A stretch of 64,000 nucleotides of DNA from Mobula hypostoma (taxonomy: Eukaryota): contig NC_086098.1 in NCBI RefSeq assembly GCF_963921235.1, forward strand, positions 310,001-374,000, in the 5' to 3' direction. How positions within the stretch are numbered: position 1 is the stretch's first letter; every line of letters starts with the position of its first letter. The notes beneath the pieces were generated by a model. It saw nothing but the letters and a program-made list of their open reading frames with translations, searched no databases and had not been told where the DNA came from. Shown here in pieces: positions 1 to 11,800 of the stretch. A program made the position numbers and the translations under genes.

Positions 1-29
1 TGTTTCTGTGCTGTAATGTTCTATGTTCT

Positions 30-917
30 CTGGACCAATCAAGTGTGACAATGGAAAAGTGTGTGTGGAACCGGAGGAGATAGCAGAGGTACTTAATGAA
101 TACTTTACTTCAGTATTCACTATGGAAAAGTATGCTGGCAATTGTAGGGATGATTAGCAGCAGACCGAAGAGCTTGAAGAAAGGAGCATGTGCTGAAGCT
201 TTTGGAAAATATCAAGTTGGACAAGTCACCGGGACCGGATGAGATGTACCCCAGGCTACTGTGGGAGGTGAGGGAGGAGATTGCTGAGCCTCTGGCAATG
301 ATCTTTGCATCATCAATGGGAACTGGAGAGGTTCCAGAGGATTGAAGGTTTGCAGATGTTGTTCCCTTATTCAAGAAAGGGAGTAGGGATAGTCCAGGAA
401 ATTATAAACCAGTGAGTCTTACTTCAGTGGTTGGTAAGTTAATGGAAAAGATCTTGAGAGGCAGAATTTATGAACATTTGGAGAGGCATGATATGGTTAA
501 CAGGGCTCAGCATGGCTTTGTCAAAGGCAGGTTGTGCCTTACAAGTCTCATTGAATTTTTTTGAGGATGTGACTAAGCATACTGATGAAGGTAAAGCATT
601 AGTTGTAGTGTATATGGATTTCAGCAAGGCATTTGATAAGGTACCCCATGCCAGGCTTATTGAGAAAATAAGTAGTCAGGGGTTCCAAGGGGATATTGCT
701 TTGTGGATCCAGAATTGGCTTGCCCACAGAAGGCAAAGAGTAGTTGTAGATGGGTCATATTCTGCATGGAAGTCAGTGACCAGTGGTGTGCCTCAGGAAT
801 CTGTCTGGGACTCCTTCACTTAGTGATTTTTACAAATGACTTCTATGAAGAAGTGGAGGGATGTGTTAGGAAATTTGCTGATGACACAAAGGTTGGGGGT
901 GTTGTGGATAGTGTGGA
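30..917 (+). mobile_element. CR1-clade LINE fragment (lineage A), degraded ORF2 RT region
   Basis: Translations contain [18 protein letters not shown] and KFADDTK, broken by frameshifts. Collinear with 62260-63160. Bases 1-29 are the microsatellite tail of another CR1. Confidence 0.9.
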
Positions 918-1247
918 ACACAACGTGCTTTCTGGCTGGCAGCTTCTTTCTGTTGGAACCTTGTGTCTCTTTCTTAATTGATTGCGGTACATTTATTCTG
1001 TGCATAGTCCTCATGTCAACTTCTAACACATGTTATGTTCTTTTCTTGATAAAAAAACAGCTTGGGTAAAAATGCCAGCAAATGTTTATTTACAGGACAC
1101 TCCAATAATGGCTTTGACTCGACAGGAGCGTGTGAGACCATCTCACCAACGTCACTTCTGTTTCCCAGTGAACCACCTGCATTGCACACTGGGAACTAAA
1201 GTTCTTTATTATATATGCACATAATAACACACGTACTGCGGCAACTC

Positions 1248-2255
1248 CAGTTTAAACTCTACCGTGCAGCATGAGCAAACCTTCCCACCTGGAAATTAGT
1301 CACATGTTAAATTATATAATCTTCCTTTTTCTGGCTTCACTAGCACATGGCAAGAGTGGCAATCCCAATATTACCACCCTGGAGGCCCTGCCCTTTAACT
1401 TAGGACCTAACTCCCTGAATTCCCTTTGCAGAACCTTGTCACTCTTCCTACTGATGTCATTGGTACTTACATGGACCATGGCCTTAGGCTGTTCAGCTTC
1501 CCAATTAATAAAGCTGAGGACTCAGTCCAAAATATCCTTGACCTTGGTACCCAGGAGACAGCCTGCCATCTGGGCATCTTGTTCTTACCCACAGAACCTC
1601 CTCTCCGTTTCCCTAACTAATAAATGCCCAATCACCATAGCTCTCCTCTTCTCTCCCCTTCCCTTCTGAGTCACAGAGGCAGACAGTGCCAGAGACTCAA
1701 CCGCTGCAACATTTCTCTTCCAGGTTATCGCTTCCAACAGTATCCAAAATGGTATACCTGTTGTTGACGGGGAAGGCTTTTTAACCCTTTTTCCCTTACG
1801 GACTGTCACCCAGTTTCCTGTGTCCTGCAACTTGAGTGTAACTACCTCTCTATATGTCCTATCTATCACCCCTTCAGCCTACCGAATAATCCAGAGTTCA
1901 TCCAGTTCCAGCTCCAGATAATTAACATGCACTGTTAGAAGCTGCAGCTGGATGCACTGCTTACAGGTGTAGTCATCAGGGACACTGGAGGTCTCCCTGC
2001 CTTTCCTTCCCGCAAGAGCGGCATTTCACTATTCTGCCTGGCAACTCTACCGTTCTAAATGAGCAAATGTATAGATGGTGAAAAAAAAACTTTATCTACT
2101 GCTTTTTATTGCCTTCTTTGAAGCATTGAAGAGCTAAAGTCACAAAGTTTCCACTCTAACTCTGACCACTACAATGATGGCCGCTGCGATTCTTCCGCTT
2201 GCCCCCTGCCTTACTTTAATTTGCTTTTGCTTATCAAACCCAAATGTTGATTGGC
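1248..2255 (-). mobile_element. CR1 5'UTR + ORF1 remnant (coiled-coil + SGNH esterase type)
   Basis: Minus-strand IDRTYREVVT..WVTVRKGK..RRAMVIG(D)..RRFCG matches the other CR1 ORF1s in the window. Internally deleted. Confidence 0.8.
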
Positions 2256-2447
2256 CACTCACAAAATGCTGGAGGAACTCAGCAGGCCAGGCAACCATAT
2301 ATAACCATATAAAAAATACAGCATGGAAACAGGCCATCTCAGCCCTTCTAGTCCGTGCCGAACTCTTGCACTCATCTAGTCCCACTGACCTGCACTCAGC
2401 CCATAACTCTCCATTCCTTTCCAGTCCATATAGCTGTCCAATTTAAT

Positions 2448-3345
2448 ACTAATGATGTTACTAAGATAGGTGGAGTTGTGGATAATGAAGTAGGTTTTCA
2501 AAGCTTGAAGAGAGATTTAGACCAGCTAGAAGAGTGGGCTGAAAGATGGCAGATGGAGTTTAATGCTGATAAATGTGAGGTGCTACATTTTGGTAGGACT
2601 AATCAAAATAGGACACACATGGCAAATGATAGGGCATTGAAGAATGCAGTAGAAGAGAGGGAACTAGGAATAATGGTGCATAGTTCCCTGAAGGTGGAAT
2701 CTCATGTGGATAGGGTGGTGAAGACAGCTTTTGGTATGCTGGCCTTTACAGGAGTTGGGATGCAATGTTGAAATTGTATAAGGCTTTGGTAAGGCCAAAT
2801 TTGCAGTATTGTGTACAGTTTTGGTTGCTGAATTATAGAAAAGATATCAATAAAATTGAGAGAGTACAGAGGAGACTTACTAGAATGTTGCATAGGTTTC
2901 ATTTCCTAAGTTACAGACAAAGGTTGAACAAACTGGGTCTTTATTCTTTGGAGCGTAGAAGGTTGAGGGGGGCCTTGACAGAGGTATTTAAAATTATGAG
3001 GGGGATTGATAGAGTTGACATGGAGAGGCTTTTTTCCATTGAGAGTGGGGAGATGCAAACAAGAGGACATGAGTTGAGAGTTAAAGGGCAAAAGTTTAGG
3101 GGTAACATGAGGGGGAACTTCTTTACTTAGAGAGTGGTAGCTGTGTGGAACGAGCTTCCAGCAGAAGTGGTTGAGGCAGGTTCGATGTTGTTGTTTAAAG
3201 TTAAATAGGCTAGATATATGGACAGGAAAGGAATGGAGGGTTATGGGCTAAGTGCAGGCCGATGGGATGAGGTGAGAGTAAGAGTTCGGCATGGACTAGA
3301 AGTTGCTGAGATGGCCTGTTTCCGTGCTGTAATTGTTATATGGTT
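2448..3345 (+). mobile_element. 5'-truncated CR1 lineage D copy inserted antisense into the 3' end of D1
   Basis: Encodes the RT C-terminus and 3'UTR, ending in gttatatggtt. The host aatttaa...aaacgacaacatcg rejoins around it (compare 36841-36865). Confidence 0.85.
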
Positions 3346-6300
3346 AAACGACAACATCGAACCTGCCTTAACCACTTCCACCTTCAGGGAACTATGCACC
3401 ATTATTCCTAGATCCCTCTCTTCTACTGCATTCTTCAATGCCCTACCATTTACCATGTATGTCCTATTTTGATTAGTCCTACCAAAATGTAGCACCTCAC
3501 ATTTATCAGCATTAAACTCCATCTGCTATCTTTCAGCCCACTCTTGTAACTGGCCTAAATCTCTCTGCAAGCTTTGAAAACCTACTTCATTACTCACAAC
3601 TCCACCTATCTTAGTATCATCTACATACTTACTAATCCAATTTACCACCCCATCATCCAGATCATTAATGTATATGACAAACAACATTGGACACAGTACA
3701 GATCCCCGAAGCACACCACTATTCACCAGCCTCCAATCTGACAAACAGTTATCCACCACCACTCTCTGGCGTCTCCCATCCAGCCACTGTTGAATCCATT
3801 TTACTACTTCAGTATTAATACCTAACGATTGAACCTTCCCAACTAACTTTCCATGTGGAAACCTGTCAAAGGCCTTACTGAGGTCCATATAGACAACATC
3901 CACCGCTTTACCCTCGTCAACATTCCTAGTAACCTCATCAAAAAATTCATTAAGATTTGTCAAACATGACCTTCCACGCACAAATCCACGTTGACTGTTC
4001 CTAATCAGACCCGGTCTATCCAGATAATTATATATACTATCTCTAAGAATACTTTCCACCAATTTACCCACCACTGACGTCAAACTCACAGGCCGATAAC
4101 TGCCAGGTTTACTCTTAGAACCCTTTTTAAACAATGGAACAACATGAGCAATACACCAATCCTCTGGCACCATCCCCATTTCTAATGACATTTGAAATAT
4201 TTCTGTCAGAGCCCCTGCTATTTCCACACTAACCTCCCTCAAGGTCCTAGGGAATATCCTGTCAGGACCCGGAGACTAAGCCACTTTTATATTCCTTAAA
4301 AGCTCCAGTACTTCCTCTTCTTTAATCATCATAGTTTCCATAACTTCTCTACCTGTTTCCCTTATCTTGCACAAGGCAATATCCTTCTCCTTAGTGAATA
4401 CCGAAGAAAAGAAATTGTTCAAAATCTCCCCCATCTCTTTTGGCTTCACACATAGCTGTCCACTCTGATTTTCTAAGGGACCAATTTTATCCCTCACGAT
4501 CCTTTTGCTATTAATATAACTGTAGAAACCCTTTGGATTTATTTTCACCTTACTTGCCAAAGCAACCTCATATCTTCTTTTAGCTTTTCTAATTTAGAAA
4601 CAAAGAAAACATAGAAAATAGGTGCAGGAGTAGGCCATTTGGCCCTTCGAGCCTGCACCGCCATTCAGTATGATCATGGCTGATCATCCAATTCAGAATC
4701 CTGTACCAGCCTTCCCTCCATACCCCCGATCCCTTTAGCCACAAGGGCCATATCTAACTCCCTCTTAAATATAGCCAATGAACTGGCCTCAACTGTTTCC
4801 TGTGGCAGAGAATTCCACAGATTCACCACTCTCTGTGTGAAGAAGTTTTTCCTAATCTCGGTCCTAAAAGGCTTCCCCTTTATCCTCAAACTGTGACCCC
4901 TCGTTCTGGACTTCCCCAACATCGGGAAGATTTTTCTTCCTGCATCTAGCCTGTCCAATCCCTTTAGGATTTTATGCGTTTCAATAAGATCCCCCCTCAA
5001 TCTTCTAAATTCCAACGAGTATAAGTCTAGTCGATCCAGTCTTTCATCATATGAAAGTCCTGCCATCCCAGGAATCAATCTGGTGAACCTTCTTTGTACT
5101 CCCTCTATGGCAAGAATGTCTTTCCTCAGATTAGGGAAGCAAAACTGCATACAATACTCCAGGTGTGGTCTCACCAGGGCCTTGTACAACTGCAGTAGTA
5201 CCTCCCTGCTCCTGTACTCGAATCCTCTTGCTATAAATGCCAGCATACCATTCGCCTTTTTCACCGCCTGCTGTACCTGCATGCCCACTTTCAATGACTG
5301 GTGTATAATGACACCCAGGTCTCGTTGCACCTCCTCTTTTCCTAATCGGCCACCATTCAGATAATAATCTGTTTTCCTGTTTTTGCCACCAAAGTGGATA
5401 ACCTCACATTTATCCACATTAAATTGCATCTGCCATGAATTTGCCCACTCACTTAACCTATCCAAGTCACCCTGCATCCTCTTAGCATCCTCCTCACAGC
5501 TAACACTGCCGCCCAGCTTCGTGTCATCCACAAACTTGGAGATGCTGCATTTAATTCCCTCATCTAAGTCATTAATATATATTGTAAACAACTGGGCTCC
5601 CAGCACTGAGCCTTGCGGTACCCCACTAGTCACTGCCTGCCATTCTGAAAAGGTCCTGTTTATTCCCACTCTTTGCTTCCTGTCTGCTAATCAATTCTCT
5701 ATCCACATCAATACCTTACCCCCAATACAGTGTGCTTTAAGTTTGCACACTAATTTCCTGTGTGGAACCTTGTCAAAAGCCTTTTGAAAATCCAAATAAA
5801 CCACATCCACTGGTTCTCCCCTATCCACTCTACTAGTTACATCCTCAAAAAATTCTATGAGATTCGTCTGACATGATTTTCCTTTCACAAATCCATGCTG
5901 ACTTTGTCCGATCATTTCACCGCTTTCCAAATGTGCTGTTATCACATCTTTGATAACTGACTCTAGCATTTTCCCCACCACCGATGTTAGGCTAACTGGT
6001 CTATAATTCCCCAGTTTTTCTCTCCCTCCTTTTTTAAAAAATGGAGTTACATTAGCCACCCTCCAATCCTCAGGAACTAGTCCAGAATCTAAAGAATTTT
6101 GAAAAATTATCACTAATGCATCCATTATTTCTTGGACTACTTCCTTAAGCACTCTAGGATGCAGACCATCTGGCCCTGGGGACTTATCTGCCTTTAATCC
6201 CTTCAATTTACCTAACACCACTTCCCGACTAACATGTATTTCCCTCAGTTCCTCCATCTCACTGGACCCTCTGTCCCCTACTATTTCCGCAAGATTATTT

Positions 6301-6952
6301 ATGTCCTCCTTAGAGAAGACAGAACCAAACTAGTTATTCAATTGGACTGCCATGTCCTTGCTCCCCATAATCAATTCACCTGTTTCTGTCTGTACGGGAC
6401 CTACATTTGTCTTAACCAATCTTTTTCTTTTCACATATCTATGAAAGCTTTTACGTCAGTTTTTATGTTCCCTGCCAGTTTTCTCTCATAATCTTTTTTC
6501 CCTTTCCTAATGAAGCCCTTTGTCCTCCTGAATTTCTCCCAGTCCTCAGGTGAGCCACTTTTTCTGGCTAATTTGTATGCTTCTTCTTTGGAATTGATAC
6601 TATCCCTAATTTCCCTTGTCAGCCACGGGTGCACTACCTTCCCTGATTTATTCTTTTGCCAAACCGGGATGAACAATTGTTGTAGTTCATCCATGCGATC
6701 TTTAAATGCTTACCATTGCATATCCACCGTCAACCCTTTAAGTATCATTTGCCAATCTATCTTAGCTAATTCACGTTTCATACCTTCAAAGTTACCCTTC
6801 TTTAAGTTCAGAACCTTTGTTTCTGAACTAACTATGTCACTCTCCATCTTAATGAACAATTCCACCATATTATGGTCACTCTTACCTAAGGGCCTTCTCA
6901 CGACAAGATTGCTAATTAACCCTTCCTCATTGCTCAATACCCAGTCTAGAAT

Positions 6953-9400
6953 AGAAACATAGAAACAGAGAAACATAGAAAATAGGTGCAGGAGTAGGCC
7001 ATTCGGCCCTTCGAGCCTGCACCGCCATTTATTATAGAAACATAGAAACATAGAAAATAGGTGCAGGAGTAGGCCATTCGGCCCTTCGAGCCTGCACCGC
7101 CATTTATTATGATCATGGCTGATCATCCAACTCAGAACCCAGCCTTCCCTCCATACCCCGTGACCCCTGTAGCCACAAGGGCCATATCTAACTTCCTTTT
7201 AAACATAGCTAATGAACTGGCCTCAACAGTTTGCTGTGGCAGAGAATTCCACAGATTCACCACTCTCTGTGTGAAGAAGTTTTTCCTAACCTCGGTCCTA
7301 AAAGGCTTCCCCTCTATCCTCAAACTGTGACCCCTCGTTCTAGACCTCCCCAACATCGGGAACAATCTTCCTGCATCTAGCCTGTCCAATCCCTTTAGGA
7401 TCTTATACGTTTCAATCAGATCCCCCCTCAATCTTCTAAATTCCAACGAGTACAAGCCCAGTTCATCCAGTCTTTCTTCATATGAAAGACCTGCCATCCC
7501 AGGAATCAATCTGGTGAACCTTCTTTGTACTCCCTCTATGGCAAAGATGTCTTTCCTCAGATTAGGGGACCAAAACTGCACACAATACTCCAGGTGTGGT
7601 CTCACCAAGGCCTTGTACAACTGCAGTAGTACCTCCCTGCTCCTGTACTCGAATCCTCTCGCTATAAATGCCAGCATACCGTTCGCCTTTTTCACCGCCT
7701 GCTGTACCTGCATGCCCACTTTCAATGACTGGTGTATAATGACACCCAGGTCTCGTTGCACCTCCCCTTTTCCTAATCGGCCACCATTCAGATAATAATC
7801 TGTTTTCCTATTTTTGCCACCAAAGTGGATAACTTCACATTTATCCACATTAAATTGCATCTGCCATGAGTTTGCCCACTCACCCAACCTATCCAAGTCA
7901 CCCTGCATCCTCTTAGCATCCTCCTCACTGCTAACACTGCCACCCAGCTTCGTGTCATCCGCAAACTTGGAGATGCTGCATTTAATTCCCTCATCCAAGT
8001 CATTAATATATATTGTAAACAACTGGGGTCCCAGCACTGAGCCTTGCGGTACCCCACTAGTCACCGCCTGCCATTCTGAAAAGGTCCCGTTTATTCCCAC
8101 TCTTTGCTTCCTGTCTGCTAACCAATTCTCCACCCACACCAATACCTTACCCCCAATACCATGTGCTTTAAGTTTGCACACTAATCTCCTGTGTGGGACC
8201 TTGTCAAAAGCCTTTTGAAAATCCAAATATACCACATCCACTGGTTCTCCCCTATCCACTCTACTAGTTACATCCTCAAAAAATTCTATGAGATTCGTCA
8301 GACATGATTTTCCTTTCACAAATCCATGCTGACTTTGTCCGATCATTTCACCGCTTTCCAAATGTGCTGTTATCACATCCTTGATAACTGACTCCAGCAG
8401 TTTCCCCACCACCGACGTTAGGCTAACCGGCCTATAATTCCCCGGTTTCTCTCTCCCTCCTTTTTTAAAAAGTGGGGTTACATTAGCCACCCTCCAATCC
8501 TCAGGAACTAGTCCAGAATCTAACGAGTTTTGAAAAATTATCACTAATGCATCCACTATTTCTTGGGCCACTTCCTTAAGCACTCTGGGATGCAGACCAT
8601 CTGGCCCTGGGGATTTATCTGCCTTCAATCCCTTCAATTTACCTAACACCACTTCCCTACTAACATGTATTTCGCTCAGTTCCTCCATCTCACTGGACCC
8701 TCTGTCCCTTACTATTTCTGGAAGATTATTTATGTCCTCCTTAGTGAAGACAGAACCAAAGTAATTATTCAATTGGTCTGCCATGTCCTTGCTCCCCATA
8801 ATCAATTCACCTGTTTCTGTTTGCAGGGGACCTACATTTGTCTTTATCAGTCTTTTCCTTTTTACATATCTATAAAAGCTTTTACAGTCCGTTTTTATGT
8901 TCTCTGCCAGTTTTCTCTCATAATCTTTTTTCCCCTTCCTAATTAAGCCCTTTGTCCTCCTCTGCTGAACTCTGAATTTCTCCCAGTCCTCAGGTGAGCC
9001 ACTTTCTCTGGCTAATTTGTATGCTACTTCTTTGGAATTGATACTATCCCTAATTTCTCTTGTCAGCCACGGGTGCACTACCTTCCTTGATTTATTCTTT
9101 TGCCAAACTGGGATGAACAATTGTTGTAGTTCATCCATGCAACCTTTAAATGCCTGCCATTGCATATCCACCGTCAATCCTTGAAGTGTCATTTGCCAGT
9201 CTATCTTAGCTAATTCATGTCTCATACCTTCAAAGTTACCCCTCTTTAAGTTCAGAACCTTTGTTTCTGAATTAACTACGTCACTCTCCATGTTAATGAA
9301 GAATTCCACCATATTATGGTCACTCTTACCCAAGGGGCCTCTCACGACAAGATCGCTAATTAACCCTTCCTCATTGCTCAAAACCCAGTCCAGAATAGCC
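6953..9400 (-). mobile_element. Young CR1 lineage B copy (B2) inserted into B1; its 5' boundary is unresolved because it merges with homologous B1 sequence
   Basis: A (tttctatg)n tail sits at 6953-7060, followed by an uninterrupted ORF. Near-identical to 52870-53937. Confidence 0.8.
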
Positions 9401-10158
9401 TGCTCTCTAGTCGGTTCCTCGACATGTTGGTTCAAAAAACCATCCCGCATACATTCCAAGAAATCCTCTTCCTCAGCACCCTTACCAATTTGGTTCACCC
9501 AGTCTACATGTAGATTGAAGTCACCCATTATAACTGCTGTTCCTTTATTGCATGCATTTCTAATTTCCTGTTTAATACCATCCCCAACCTCACTACTACT
9601 GTTAGGTGGCCTCTACACAACTCCCACCAGCATTTTCTGCCCCTTAGTGCTTTGCAGCTCTCCCCATATCAATTCCACATCCTCCCGGCTCATGGCCTTC
9701 CTTTCTATTGCGTTAATTTCCTCTCTAACCAGCAATGCTACCCCACCTCCTTTTCTTTCATGTCTATCCCTCCTGAATATTGAATATCCCTGAATGTTGA
9801 GCTCCCATCCTTGGTCACCCCAGAGCCATGTCTCTGTGATCCCAACTATATCATATTCATTAATAACAATCTGCACTTTTAATTCATCCTCCTTGTTACG
9901 AATGCTCCTTGCATTGACACACAAAGCCTTCAGGCTCGCTTTTACAACACACTTAGCCCTTACACAATTATGTTGAGAAGTGTCCGTTTTTGATTTTTGC
10001 CCTGGATTTGCTGGCCTGCCACTTTTACTTTTCACCTTACTACTTTTTGCTTCTACCCTCATTTTACACTCCTCTGTCTCTCTGCACTTGTTCCCATTCC
10101 CCTGTTGTGAACTAACCTCCTCTCTCCTAGTCTCTTTAATTTGATTCCCACCCCACAA
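7132..10158 (-). pseudogene. CR1 ORF2 (APE endonuclease + reverse transcriptase) with a single in-frame stop at 9613-9615
   Basis: ORFs 9613-10158 and 7132-9528 share a frame. Motifs: [48 protein letters not shown] has become VGVV*RPP. Confidence 0.9.
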
Positions 10159-11028
10159 CCATTCTAGTTTAAAGTCACCTCTGTTGCCCTCGCAAATCTC
10201 CCTGCCAGGATATTGGTCCCCCTAGGATTCAAGTGTAACCCATCCTTTTTGTACAGGTCACACCTGCGCCAAAAAAGGTCCCAATGATCCAAAAACTTGA
10301 ATCCCTGCCCCCTGCTCCAATCCCTCAGCCATGCATTTATCCTCCACCTCATTGCATTCCTACTCTCACTGTCTGGCTCCTCACCCTCCCACTTCAGGAT
10401 ATCTTAGGCGTGATCAGAAATATCCCGGACCCTGGCACCAGGGAGGCAAATTACCATCTAGGTCTCTGGACTGCGTCCACAGAATCGCCTATCTGACCCC
10501 CTTACTATCAAGTCCCCTATTACAACTGCCCTCCTCTTCCTTTCCCTACCCTTCTGAGCTACAGGGCCGGAATCTGTGCTGGAGTCACGGCCACTGTCGC
10601 TTCCCCCAGGTAAGCTGTCCCCCCCAACAGTACTCATACAGGAGTACCTATTGTCAAGGGGCACAGCCATAGAACCACAGAAACTACAGCACAGAAGCAG
10701 GCCTTTTGGCCCTTCTTGGCTGTGCCGAACCATTTTCTGCCCAGTCCCACTGACCTGCACATGGACCATATCCCTCCATAAACCTCCCATCCATGTATCC
10801 GTCCAATTTATTCTTAAATGTTAAAAAAGAACCCGCATTTACCACCTCATCTGGCAGCTCATTCCATACTCCCACCACTCTCTGTGTGAAGAAGGCCCCC
10901 CTAATGTTCCCTTTAAACTTTTCCCCCTCACCCTGAGCCCATGTCCTCTTGTTTTTTTCTCCCCTTGCCTCAGTGGAAAAAGCCTGCTTACATTCACTCT
11001 ATCTACACCCATCATAATTTTATATACT

Positions 11029-11800
11029 TGTAACGTTCCGTTATATTGGCTCGTATATGTCTGGGGGAAATCTCACCCAGCACCTGCCTCAACACTCCCC
11101 ACAGTGTTGGTCGCCGCCCGAATCAATCCCAAACATCAATCCTCAGCCAGCACACCCAACAAATACACTTTATAGATATTACTAATTCTATGACATTAAT
11201 ATAAATTTGATACAGAGAGGAAAGTAACGAAAAAAAATGGTGCCAACACTTATCAAAGTCCAAATTCTTCGCGCGCTACCGTTGGAGCTCAATCGATTCC
11301 TGACGACCACCCGAATCCTGTCGACTCATGGCTTGGGACCACCCGGAGTGATCGACTGGAGCCTTTCTGCACGTCCACCGTCCTCCCTGTCTCTCCTCCG
11401 ACTCCCCATCTCTCTTCCAACTCCCTGCCAAAACCCCGTCCGCCGTCCTCCCCATCTCTCCTCCGGCTCCCCGCCAAAACCTCATCCGCCGTCCTCCCCG
11501 TCTCTCCTCTGACTCCCCGCCAAAACCCCGTCCACCGTTCCTCTCGTCTCTCCTCCGACTCCCCGCCAAAATCCCGTCCACCGTCCTCCCCGTCTTTCCT
11601 CCGACTCCCCGCCAAAACCCCGCCCCCAGTCATATGATACAGCATTATATCCAAAAACAAAATGATACCATGACCACCCATTGGCTAATAGCACCCTGCT
11701 GTCTGTATTAACCCAAACAAATGTCTAGCTGGAGACTTTCTCAGCATTTAACATAACAAAGAAGCCATTTTAAATTTAACAAAAAGAAAGACCCCGTACA
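11029..11800 (-). mobile_element. Solo LTR (772 bp), TGTA...TACA termini, 4-bp TSD
   Basis: TSD tact (11025-11028) / tacc (11801-11804). The host ttttatatacctctatc rejoins (compare 15137-15153). Strand is inferred from a CCAAT motif and composition. Confidence 0.85.
11372..11621. repeat. 46-bp GC-rich minisatellite, ~5 copies, inside the solo LTR
   Basis: ccaaaa recurs at 11428, 11474, 11520, 11566 and 11612. Confidence 0.95.

Noticed and set aside
1096..1200. Possible terminal exon after ttatttacag, plus a ttcccagtg/cactgggaa hairpin
   Set aside because: There is no recognisable protein and no upstream partner exon. A 9-bp stem can occur by chance.
5083..9793. Recurrent antisense ORFs (MNLLCTPSM.., MPPKWITSH..)
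   Set aside because: These are shadow frames of CR1 ORF2. They recur only because the elements are repeated.
11372..11621. CRISPR-like array
   Set aside because: The 46-bp units are contiguous with no unique spacers, lie inside an LTR, and there are no cas genes. It is a minisatellite.
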